IMG/VR virus record: IMGVR_UViG_3300009108_000751
Location: 124,001-188,000 of that record
Strand: one strand, 5' to 3'
Length of the DNA stretch: 64,000 bases
The notes beneath the pieces are model-generated. The model worked only from the letters and a program-made list of their open reading frames with translations. It did no database searches and had not been told where the DNA came from. Every line of letters begins with the position of its first letter. Position 1 is the stretch's first letter. Position numbers and translations under genes: made by a program. Of this stretch, positions 55,411-63,767 are shown piece after piece.

Positions 55411-55462
55411 CGGAGTGTTTTTATGAATCTCACTGAAAATGATTTACGCCTTCTGGTTCGCA
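55411..55462 (+). repeat. 52-bp RBS plus N-terminal tag module, copy 1
   Basis: 49/52 nt identical to 56098-56149. Confidence 0.9.
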
Positions 55463-56049
55463 GTATTCTACGGGAAGAATCAGCAAAACCTGGCCCGTCC
55501 AGCGTGAACAAAGCAGATTTTTATCAGAAGCTCCCTGTGGAGAAGCAAGATGATCTGCAAAAAGCTGTCGATAAGTTTGCTAAAGCACAAGTCCCCACGC
55601 TTGTCAATGTCGCAAAAAACATGTCAGGAAAGTCAGGTAAAAAAAGCTCAGAAGTACTCGCATCTTTTCTAAAAAATCCTACGCTTAAAATTCCTCCAAT
55701 GAAGCTAGGAAGAAATTTAAAACTAGGTGGTGAGTTTGGAGCTGGTAATAATTCAAAAGTAAAAGCTGTCGTTGAAAAGGGAAAGCTCAAAGGGTTTACG
55801 TTCTCAGGCGAGCTTGGCCCAGGCTTGGAAATTAAAAATGTTTTCGTACAGACCCCTACGATCTCTCTCAGCAAAGAAGCGACAGCCGAGCTAGACATGG
55901 GTCTAACGCAGGACATGGCTAGCGCAAAAGCAGGCCTAAACTATAAGATTCCAGGCGGATCTATAACAGGTGCAGCAGCAGGAAATATAGCTCTCGATTC
56001 ATCCAAGTCCGATTATGAATTCTCTATTGGCTTAAGCAAGAAGTTCTAA
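55423..56049 (+). CDS. Late hypothetical protein, N-terminal tag and beta-rich C-terminus
   Basis: 'MNLTENDLRLLVRSILREE'; ends 'EFSIGLSKKF'. Confidence 0.7.
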   Translation: MNLTENDLRLLVRSILREESAKPGPSSVNKADFYQKLPVEKQDDLQKAVDKFAKAQVPTLVNVAKNMSGKSGKKSSEVLASFLKNPTLKIPPMKLGRNLKLGGEFGAGNNSKVKAVVEKGKLKGFTFSGELGPGLEIKNVFVQTPTISLSKEATAELDMGLTQDMASAKAGLNYKIPGGSITGAAAGNIALDSSKSDYEFSIGLSKKF

Positions 56050-56097
56050 AATGAGAAAATCTACAGGAATTTGTTGCATATCTATTAAAATAGATCA

Positions 56098-56149
56098 CGG
56101 AGTGTTTTTATGAAGCTCACTGAAAACGATTTACGCCTTCTGATTCGCA
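56098..56149 (+). repeat. 52-bp RBS plus N-terminal tag module, copy 2
   Basis: See 55411-55462; preceded by the late-type motif catatctatt at 56077. Confidence 0.9.
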
Positions 56150-57516
56150 ACATCCTGCGCGAGCAGGACGAAGAAGAAGTTGAAGAAGAAACCGAAGAAG
56201 AGGCTGAGGCCGAAGAAGCGGTCGTTGAACCCGAAGTCAAAGAACCCGAGGTTGATCCTGAGCTCCAGTCCCTAGCAAAGGAATATGAAGACGCAAGTTC
56301 ATTTAAAGCGAAAGCTGAGGCTATAGCTAATATCTTGCGTCGCCCTGAGTTCTTTGGAACTGATATCGTAGGGCCCACCAAAGGGAAGCAGGTAAAAGGC
56401 AAGAATTCCATGCGGTTCGGAGTAGGTGCAGGTGCAAAAGACAAGCATGATTTTAAAGACATCGCTGATAAGATCTATGCTGTCTTGGCTCCAGAAAAAG
56501 TAAATCCAGTTCGCGTGTTCGGTCCCGATACTGGCCCCAATGAGAGCGGAACTTACACATCTTATGTTCTTCCTGACCTGGACAACCTAATGTTCACGTT
56601 CGGAGGAGCAGGTGAGACATCTGGACAACGCAAAGGTGGCTACGAATATGAGATGAACGTGATCTTCCCGAACCTGAAGGATGCAGGTTTAGAAGCAGAG
56701 CTTGGCGCAGATAATACAATCTCAGATGTTTACGTTGTGACTAAGGATGGCAAGCTTGGTATTGAGGTAAAACTCCCTGACGCACAGCTCGGTGAACCCA
56801 CACTCAAGTATAATATTAAAGATAAATCTTTCTTCCCGTCAGTTGAGAAGGGCATTAACGTAGATGTAGCTAATCTGATCAATGCTGACGACACAAGCAC
56901 AGACGCTTATAACCGAATGGTGATTATTCGTGATAAGGTCAACACACAAAGATCAGCTGACGGAGAAGATTCTGAGCTTTCACCCTTCCAGGACATTATC
57001 GATAAGATCACTAGAGCCGAGTATGACCAGATTGTTAAGCCTGCCCTGCGCGCAGACACAGAAGCAGGAAGTGATATCAGCGGAGTGAAGATCGGTGAGT
57101 TTAAGATCGGTTCTGACCGCATGAGGGACTACTACCTTGGAAAGAAAGCAGGCCTAGTTCAAGTGAAGGGTAAGGGACTCTATCATTTGCATCCGGATTT
57201 TGAGATCAAGATTAAAGACGAGGATGGCAACGAGAAGAGAACCATCCTCTTCGACTTCAGTGATCAAGTCTCAGGCGGAGTCCAGTTTCGAAACATGAAG
57301 GGCAACCGATATGGCATCAGATCAGACACAAGAAGTGCTCCTCTTAAAAAGATCCGACAGTCCCCCATCGATCTTGACAGCGAAGCTGACAGAGAGGCAT
57401 TCGCAGCAGTTGTGCCTGACATGACCTTTCCAGATCCAAAATCTTTGATGGATGACAAATCCCTAGCAGAGTCAGTTCAAAACCGCTGGCAACTTTTGGC
57501 CGGCATAAAAGAATAA
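56110..57516 (+). CDS. Late protein with a putative PD-(D/E)XK nuclease domain, tagged at both termini
   Basis: 'MKLTENDLRLLIRNILRE', acidic tract, 'G.EYE', 'SDVYV.......IEVK', C-terminal 'ES..NRWQLLAGIKE'. Confidence 0.6.
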   Translation: MKLTENDLRLLIRNILREQDEEEVEEETEEEAEAEEAVVEPEVKEPEVDPELQSLAKEYEDASSFKAKAEAIANILRRPEFFGTDIVGPTKGKQVKGKNSMRFGVGAGAKDKHDFKDIADKIYAVLAPEKVNPVRVFGPDTGPNESGTYTSYVLPDLDNLMFTFGGAGETSGQRKGGYEYEMNVIFPNLKDAGLEAELGADNTISDVYVVTKDGKLGIEVKLPDAQLGEPTLKYNIKDKSFFPSVEKGINVDVANLINADDTSTDAYNRMVIIRDKVNTQRSADGEDSELSPFQDIIDKITRAEYDQIVKPALRADTEAGSDISGVKIGEFKIGSDRMRDYYLGKKAGLVQVKGKGLYHLHPDFEIKIKDEDGNEKRTILFDFSDQVSGGVQFRNMKGNRYGIRSDTRSAPLKKIRQSPIDLDSEADREAFAAVVPDMTFPDPKSLMDDKSLAESVQNRWQLLAGIKE

Positions 57517-57562
57517 ATTTCACCGCGTTGTGTTATAATCCATAGTAAGCAACGGAGAGAGC

Positions 57563-58588
57563 GTGAAGATCCCTGAAACACTATCCTACGACGACGTGCT
57601 ACTGGTTCCGCAATACAGCGAAATCAGATCCCGCGAGGAGTGCGACACTTCCACAGTGCTCGGACCTGGTGTGGAGCTAAAGATACCGATCATCTCATCC
57701 TGCATGGACACTGTGACAGAGGCAGAGATGGCAGCGGTACTGGCTAGGATGGGTGGATTAGGCATCATTCACCGCTACAACACACCCAAAGATCAGGCTG
57801 AGCTCGTGAGGAGAGCAGTTGAGCATGCAGAGGGTGGCCCCGTTGCTGCAGCTATTGGAGTGACAGGTGACTATTTCAAACGCGCAAGCTTACTACTGGA
57901 TGCTGGAGCCTCTGCTCTTTGTGTCGATGTGGCACACGGCCACCATATCCTTGTGAAAGAGGTGCTGGAGGAGCTACGTGCAACTCACGGAGAAGAGCTC
58001 TGCATCATCGCAGGAAACGTGGCAACCAAGCAAGGCATTAATGACTTAGCAGATTGGGGAGCAAATGCCGTACGATGCAACATTGGTGGAGGCTCTATAT
58101 GCAGCACTCGAATCCAAACGGGACACGGTGTTCCGGGCTTTGAGACGATTTTACGATGCTACCAGACAGACCGGAACGTAGCGATCATTGCTGATGGCGG
58201 CATTCGAAACAGCGGCGATATCGTTAAGTCCATTGCTGCAGGATCTGACTGCGTGATGCTAGGCTCTCTTCTTTCTGGAACTGATGAGTCACCCGGTGAT
58301 TTCGTGTATGTTAACGGAGAAAAGCGCAAGGTCTATAGAGGCATGGCTAGCCAAGAAGCACAGTTCGACTGGCGAGGAAGAGCTAGCAGTCTAGAAGGTG
58401 TATCCGCCACTGTACCTTACAAAGGATCTGCCGATTTAATACTTAATAATCTGGTGCAAGGTTTGCGGAGCGGCATGTCTTATTCCGGGGCAAGAACTCT
58501 CAAGGAGTTGCAGCACCGCGCACAATTTATCAAGCAGACTTCTGCAGGAGAGACCGAAAGTGGAACGCATATTCTCTCTAATCGTTAA
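57563..58588 (+). CDS. guaB: IMP dehydrogenase / GMP reductase family (no CBS domains)
   Basis: 'YDDVLLVP', 'MDTVTE', 'DVAHGH', 'GNVAT', '[14 protein letters not shown]', 'ADGGI', 'YRGMAS', 'GMSY.GA'. Confidence 0.88.
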   Translation: MKIPETLSYDDVLLVPQYSEIRSREECDTSTVLGPGVELKIPIISSCMDTVTEAEMAAVLARMGGLGIIHRYNTPKDQAELVRRAVEHAEGGPVAAAIGVTGDYFKRASLLLDAGASALCVDVAHGHHILVKEVLEELRATHGEELCIIAGNVATKQGINDLADWGANAVRCNIGGGSICSTRIQTGHGVPGFETILRCYQTDRNVAIIADGGIRNSGDIVKSIAAGSDCVMLGSLLSGTDESPGDFVYVNGEKRKVYRGMASQEAQFDWRGRASSLEGVSATVPYKGSADLILNNLVQGLRSGMSYSGARTLKELQHRAQFIKQTSAGETESGTHILSNR

Positions 58589-59291
58589 AGTAATCTTGCA
58601 AGCACTGGGTTCAAGCATGAAGCCCACACCTGATCCGGAGCCTGAAGAACCCGTACAGGTAAAGGAAGAACTCACGCCTGAACCCGTCAAGGAGAAGAAA
58701 GTGACACATCAAAAGAAGTATTTGTGGCTGTTAGACAATGGACACGGAGAGACAACGCCCGGTAAGAGATCACCGAAGTTCGATGATGGAACGCGGATGT
58801 TTGAATACGAGTTCAATCGTGCTGTTGTGGCAAGGATTAAGAATCGACTTGATGAGATAGGTGTGGCTTACCTCGACCTTGTTCCAGGGGACAGCGACGT
58901 ATCTCTGAGTGACCGTGTGTCCCTAGCTAAATCTTGTGATGATCAAGGCCTTGAAAAGGTTTACATCTCAGTGCACGGCAATGCAGCAACTGATGATTGG
59001 TCATCTGCGAATGGCATCGAAACCTTCTGTTACCCAGGATCTACCACGGGTCATAGGCTTGGTGATGTGTTCCAGAAACACTTGATCGACCAGACGGGGT
59101 GGAGAGATAGAGGGGTAAAAGAAGCCAAGTTCTATGTGCTTCGAAAAACTACTATGCCAGCTATCTTAACTGAAAACGGATTCTTTAGCAATAAACAACA
59201 ATGTGAACAAATGCTCTCGGCAGAGTATAGAGATAAGATAGCCGAAGCACACGTTCAAGCTATCCTCGAAATAGAAAAGGACAGTATCTAA
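58560..59291 (+). CDS. N-acetylmuramoyl-L-alanine amidase (Amidase_3), probable endolysin
   Basis: 'LDNGHG', 'E.EFN', 'ISVHGNA', 'VLR.T.MPAILTENGF'. Confidence 0.92.
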   Translation: MERIFSLIVKVILQALGSSMKPTPDPEPEEPVQVKEELTPEPVKEKKVTHQKKYLWLLDNGHGETTPGKRSPKFDDGTRMFEYEFNRAVVARIKNRLDEIGVAYLDLVPGDSDVSLSDRVSLAKSCDDQGLEKVYISVHGNAATDDWSSANGIETFCYPGSTTGHRLGDVFQKHLIDQTGWRDRGVKEAKFYVLRKTTMPAILTENGFFSNKQQCEQMLSAEYRDKIAEAHVQAILEIEKDSI

Positions 59292-59485
59292 TGATCGAGA
59301 TCGACAATGTAAACATCCTGCGGATCGCTATTGCCAAGTTTTTGGCAGGCTTTCCTGAGAAGACGATTAATCTTCACTCGCACGCAGCGATAAAGATCCT
59401 CTCCGGTGAACTTTCTGAGCATCTAAAATCTGAGTTCAGCTCCGATAGCGTCGAGCAGCTCCAGTTTGATTTTGACGGTGAGTAG
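59291..59485 (+). CDS. Hypothetical protein
   Basis: Translationally coupled on both sides. Confidence 0.55.
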   Translation: MIEIDNVNILRIAIAKFLAGFPEKTINLHSHAAIKILSGELSEHLKSEFSSDSVEQLQFDFDGE

Positions 59486-60058
59486 ATGCCCACACCGGAG
59501 TTTAAGATATACTGCGGTCCAATGTTTGGATCTAAAACAACACGCCTAATGGCTGCTGTTGACAGGTATCGATACCAGAATCGAAATGTTATAGCTTTCA
59601 AACCTAGGCTAGACGATCGATATGATGAATCAGATATTGTCACTCATAACGGGGGCAAGATCCCTGCAGTAACAGTTTTCGACGCGGAAGATATCTATAA
59701 ACATCTGGCCGAGTCCGACGAAGTCTATGACGTCGTTGCTGTGGATGAAGCCTTTCTCATCGAGGGTGTGTCCGATGTGCTCCGGTGGCTGTATAGCAAA
59801 GGAGTGACTATCGTGGTATCTACGCTAGATCTTTCTGCTGCTTGCAATCCTTTTGATGAAGTACAACAAATGATGCCTTGGGCAACCCATGTTGAGAAGT
59901 GCCCAGCCGTTTGTCCCGTCTGCAGTAAGGATGCCTACTACACTTACAAGAAGAATGATGACGGAATTGAGATCGCGATCGGGGGAGCCGAGCTTTATGA
60001 GCCTCGCTGCTTTGATCATCACCCTTTAATGAACCAGCGAGAAGCTCATGATTCCTAA
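59486..60058 (+). CDS. tdk: Thymidine kinase
   Basis: 'GPMFGSKTT', 'KP..D.RY', 'VDEA', 'C.VC', 'IGG.E.YEPRC'. Confidence 0.92.
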   Translation: MPTPEFKIYCGPMFGSKTTRLMAAVDRYRYQNRNVIAFKPRLDDRYDESDIVTHNGGKIPAVTVFDAEDIYKHLAESDEVYDVVAVDEAFLIEGVSDVLRWLYSKGVTIVVSTLDLSAACNPFDEVQQMMPWATHVEKCPAVCPVCSKDAYYTYKKNDDGIEIAIGGAELYEPRCFDHHPLMNQREAHDS

Positions 60059-60941
60059 TCCGCGCGACGTAGATCTCGTCATCTACCATAAAAATTGCAC
60101 TGATGGATTTGGTGCTGCATATTCAGCATGGAGACTTCTAGGCAATAGAGCCGAGTATCTTGCATGCTCTCACGGTGAAGATCCACCCAATGTTAAAGGC
60201 AAGAATGTTGCCATCTGCGACTTTTCATTTAAAAATGACGTCACAAAGAAGATGATCGAGGACGCTGACTCCCTGGTTATTCTTGACCACCACAAATCAG
60301 CAATGGTCGAGTTGCACGATATTCCTGACGCCATCTTCAATATGGAGAAATCAGGAGCTGTGATTACCTGGGAGTTTTTCCATCCGGGCAAGGACGTTCC
60401 AAAGTTTGTCCAGTATATTGAGGATAGAGATTTGTGGAAGTGGGAGCTTCCTTACTCACGTGAGTTCGCTGCAGCATTTGATATGGTCCAGTTTAACTTC
60501 GAAGATTTCGACAAATTCGTTGACGATTCTGTCTTTGACGATGCAGTGAAACGTGGATCTTACATTCTCGCTTATTCAAAGACTGTTGTGAAGAAGATTG
60601 CAGCAAAGGCTATCCCACGAAAACTTGCCGGACACGAAGCCCTCGTGGTCAATGCATCACATTGGATGTCTGAGGTTGGAAATGCGCTGTCTCCTCATTG
60701 TGATCTTGCGATGATCTGGTTTCACGATCACGAGGATAAGAAGATCAAGGTAAGCCTAAGAGCTTTCCACGACAACATCGACGCGTCAGAGATTGCCAAG
60801 AAGTACGGCGGCGGAGGTCACAAGTCAGCAGCAGGGTTTACTTGGGAAAAAGGTATCGAGGAGCTATTTGACAAGCCAAAACCGAAGCGCAAAAGATCTA
60901 CTAAAAAGACTGATTCTGCAAAATCAAAAGACAGCTCATGA
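60048..60941 (+). CDS. DHH/DHHA1 phosphoesterase
   Basis: 'YH..C.DG', 'DFS', 'LDHH', 'D.DLW', 'SLR', 'GGGH..AAG'. Confidence 0.92.
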   Translation: MIPNPRDVDLVIYHKNCTDGFGAAYSAWRLLGNRAEYLACSHGEDPPNVKGKNVAICDFSFKNDVTKKMIEDADSLVILDHHKSAMVELHDIPDAIFNMEKSGAVITWEFFHPGKDVPKFVQYIEDRDLWKWELPYSREFAAAFDMVQFNFEDFDKFVDDSVFDDAVKRGSYILAYSKTVVKKIAAKAIPRKLAGHEALVVNASHWMSEVGNALSPHCDLAMIWFHDHEDKKIKVSLRAFHDNIDASEIAKKYGGGGHKSAAGFTWEKGIEELFDKPKPKRKRSTKKTDSAKSKDSS

Positions 60942-61420
60942 TCGACGTTGAATGCGGAAATTGTGGATGCAACACCACGCCAGCATGCCCTGAGCATGAA
61001 AAAGATGGTAGGCCTTCCTGGGACAAAGTTTGGATGCGTGTGGCGCATACTATTGCTGAGAGGTCTGTCGATCCTCGACACCAGGTGGGAACAATCATCG
61101 TGACGGAGGATAACACCCAGCTTCTTTCTCTAGGCTATAATGGCAACTACAAAGGTGGGCCAAACAAAGTAGAATCAGAGGTCCCTGGCCAATCTGGTCT
61201 CATTCACGCAGAGCAGAACGCATTAATAAAACTAGATTACAATAATCCCAAGAAAAAGAAGATGTATGTGACATTGTCACCTTGCAGTCACTGTGCTAAG
61301 ATGATAGTTAACGCAAACGTAAATGAAGTGATTTATGATGATCTATACAGAGATTCCACAGGAATAGAAATCATGAAGTCCGCAGGATTAACTGTTAGAA
61401 GATTTTCTCAGCCTAAGTAA
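60938..61420 (+). CDS. dCMP deaminase
   Basis: 'RPSWD', 'GYNG', 'HAEQNA', 'SPCSHC'. Confidence 0.92.
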   Translation: MIDVECGNCGCNTTPACPEHEKDGRPSWDKVWMRVAHTIAERSVDPRHQVGTIIVTEDNTQLLSLGYNGNYKGGPNKVESEVPGQSGLIHAEQNALIKLDYNNPKKKKMYVTLSPCSHCAKMIVNANVNEVIYDDLYRDSTGIEIMKSAGLTVRRFSQPK

Positions 61421-61435
61421 TAAGCTGAAAGAGTT

Positions 61436-61445
61436 CATATTTATT
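61436..61445 (+). promoter_or_regulatory. Putative late promoter (catatttatt)
   Basis: ATATTTA upstream of the 61464-63064 cluster. Confidence 0.65.
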
Positions 61446-61463
61446 ACAGCATGGGAGTGCTCT

Positions 61464-61748
61464 ATGTCTAATCCGCTTACTCACGAAAAAGTTTTGGCAA
61501 TCATCGCCGAGGAAAGACAAAAGATACAAGATGATCTTTGCAATAGCAAGAAGCACTCCCTAGGAAAGAAGGCAGATCTAATCAGCAAAGGATTACGAGT
61601 CTGCTGCAAGAAATCTAATAAGGATTACTACGTTGCCAAAAGGAAAAAAGTAGGCAAAAACATGATGTTCATACTGGTAGACCCAGAGGGAAATAGCCTA
61701 GATCCCATGCCAGCTGAACAACTTTTAAAAGGTTATAGGTTAGATTAA
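61464..61748 (+). CDS. Late hypothetical protein
   Basis: N-terminal 'LTHEKVLAIIAEE' helix. Confidence 0.65.
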   Translation: MSNPLTHEKVLAIIAEERQKIQDDLCNSKKHSLGKKADLISKGLRVCCKKSNKDYYVAKRKKVGKNMMFILVDPEGNSLDPMPAEQLLKGYRLD

Positions 61749-61749
61749 T

Positions 61750-62436
61750 ATGAAGAAGAAAGATGTGGCAAAAAATATCCGTGAATCTTTGGGTATGAGA
61801 AATACTGAGAGCCTCGATGAGGCGCTAGTAGTTCAAGCAAAGCCGTTTGCTATTCCAACAGAAGCCCTCTCAGGCGAAAACATTAGAAATCATTACAGCC
61901 TGTACGAGACTTACGCAAAAGATTTTAACAAAATAAGCGCAGAACTCGATGGTGCAGACAGATCTAATGCTTCATCAAATCACTCAGCGTTTAGAAGCTT
62001 GAAAATAGATGAAGTCTACAATTTAAATGCCACGTATTTGCACGAGCTTTACTTTGCTAACATCGGTGATTTGCAGAGCGAAATTACAATGGATACGCTT
62101 TCTTTCATGCGCCTTGAAAGAGACTTCGGTTCTTTTGACGCATGGCAAATGGATTTTCTTGCTTGCGCAAAGTCATCTCGCTGCGGCTGGGTTATCACTG
62201 GATTTAATGTTTTTACTCACACTTACATGAACTATGTTGTTGATCTTCATTCTCTTAACATGCCCGTTGGTGTCATTCCCGTAATTGTTCTGGATGTCTG
62301 GCAGCATGCTTACTACAAGGACTACTTAAAGGATGTATCTGCATATACAGTCAACATGATGAAGGAATTAAACTGGAACGTGATTGAGCAGAGGTTTGGG
62401 CGAACTGATAAGATCGCCCAGGTTATGAGAGGTTAA
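61750..62436 (+). CDS. Fe/Mn superoxide dismutase-like protein
   Basis: 'NHYSLY..Y', 'N...LHELYF', 'DFGSF..W', 'GW', 'LDVWQHAYY.DY'. Confidence 0.85.
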   Translation: MKKKDVAKNIRESLGMRNTESLDEALVVQAKPFAIPTEALSGENIRNHYSLYETYAKDFNKISAELDGADRSNASSNHSAFRSLKIDEVYNLNATYLHELYFANIGDLQSEITMDTLSFMRLERDFGSFDAWQMDFLACAKSSRCGWVITGFNVFTHTYMNYVVDLHSLNMPVGVIPVIVLDVWQHAYYKDYLKDVSAYTVNMMKELNWNVIEQRFGRTDKIAQVMRG

Positions 62437-62437
62437 G

Positions 62438-63064
62438 ATGAACGACAAAGATCTAAGAAAATTGATTGCAGAGGAATTTGCTGCAATAATATCAGAACAA
62501 GAAACTCAAGAAGTGCCTACAGGTGATGAACCTGATGTGCCTGCCCCAGATTCAGTAGATGTCCAGATTGATGAGCTTTTGCTGCAATATGAAAAGCTTT
62601 CTCTTCCTGACGAAGAAGAGGTTCTTGAAGAAGTTTTGACTACTACTTCTCTTCGGTTTATTTTAGAACAAGAAGAAGTTGATGTTGAAGTCGACGTCGA
62701 AGAAGAGGGCGAAGAAGAAGGCGACGATGAGGGTGGAGAAGAAGCTGAAGCTGAAGAGGAAGATGAAGAAGTAGAGGTTGAGGAAAAAATGCCTAAGCTT
62801 GACGTCATTACTTTTGCAACTAAAGTGGCACGCCTCGCAGAGATCCCTGAGAAGGTTTTAGATCTAAAAGACGCGATCATCAATCGCGCTATACATTATC
62901 TTCAGACAAATTACGATGAGAATGTCGCAAAAGAATTTGAGACTGCTCTAATGGACAAGTTTCAGCTGGCCGTGCCGGAAGAAGAAGTTGAAAAGCTTGT
63001 TGCTTCTGATTTACCCGCACCTCCAGCAGTTGGAGCAGGCCCAGGAGGCGGCGCCGGAGGCTGA
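62438..63064 (+). CDS. Acidic late protein, possibly head-internal or scaffold-like
   Basis: 'DLRKLIAEE', 'SVD.QID..L..YE', long Glu tract. Confidence 0.65.
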   Translation: MNDKDLRKLIAEEFAAIISEQETQEVPTGDEPDVPAPDSVDVQIDELLLQYEKLSLPDEEEVLEEVLTTTSLRFILEQEEVDVEVDVEEEGEEEGDDEGGEEAEAEEEDEEVEVEEKMPKLDVITFATKVARLAEIPEKVLDLKDAIINRAIHYLQTNYDENVAKEFETALMDKFQLAVPEEEVEKLVASDLPAPPAVGAGPGGGAGG

Positions 63065-63346
63065 GTGGCTAAGTACAAGGACTTTGATCGACGCAAGTCT
63101 ATCCATGTAAAGCTTTATACCGAGACTCATGCAGCATTCAGAGTTGAACTCATGAAAAAGAAGCTGTCTATGCAGGAAGTCTTTGAGGATTTTGCTCAAA
63201 GGGTTGTGTCTGGAGACGGTTTTGCCCATCGGGTCCTAGAGACAATTGAGAAAAGAAAGAGAAATCGGGAGATTGAAAAGCTTTCTGAGACAGACGTTGA
63301 ATCTCTTTTTGATGCAATAGAAGATAATCAAAGTTATGAGGGATGA
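63065..63346 (+). CDS. Ribbon-helix-helix-like DNA-binding protein
   Basis: 'KSIHVKL..ETH..FR.......SMQEV.E.F'. Confidence 0.6.
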   Translation: MAKYKDFDRRKSIHVKLYTETHAAFRVELMKKKLSMQEVFEDFAQRVVSGDGFAHRVLETIEKRKRNREIEKLSETDVESLFDAIEDNQSYEG

Positions 63347-63570
63347 TGTTTAGAAACGCTAGGAAGATAAAAGATCTTGAAGCTGAAGTGAGAGACCTAA
63401 AGCTGCTTTGCACTCAACTAACCAACAACGCTATTTCTCTAATGAAAGAGCAGGCGATGCTTGCAGATGTTTTAAAAAAAGTACTTGAACATCAAAAAGT
63501 CATTGATAGGCTTATAAATACTAAATACACGATCACTACGGCGAACGACGATGATGACATCATCCACTAG
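63343..63570 (+). CDS. Coiled-coil hypothetical protein
   Basis: Coupled ORF ending 'DDDIIH'. Confidence 0.6.
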   Translation: MMFRNARKIKDLEAEVRDLKLLCTQLTNNAISLMKEQAMLADVLKKVLEHQKVIDRLINTKYTITTANDDDDIIH

Positions 63571-63578
63571 GGCGAAAA

Positions 63579-63767
63579 ATGGTACAATCACTTCTAGACT
63601 CAAAGCTTAAAAAATTCATCTCACGAAAGTTTCTTGTGTGGCTTTCTTCTACTTCCTTGCTAATGTATGGCAAAATCACCGGTGAACAGTGGGTTTACAT
63701 CTCAATGATTTATATTGGAACGCAGGCGGTCATCGACTCCTTCCTCCAGTGGAAAGGTAAATCCTAG
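63579..63767 (+). CDS. Holin-like membrane protein
   Basis: 'SRKFLV', two hydrophobic segments, 'W..I..IYIG.QA..D'. Confidence 0.6.
   Translation: MVQSLLDSKLKKFISRKFLVWLSSTSLLMYGKITGEQWVYISMIYIGTQAVIDSFLQWKGKS

Noticed and set aside
62620-62790. GAA-rich tandem-like repeats (also near 24295 and 56165)
   Set aside because: Explained by Glu/Asp-rich coding tracts, not a DNA repeat element
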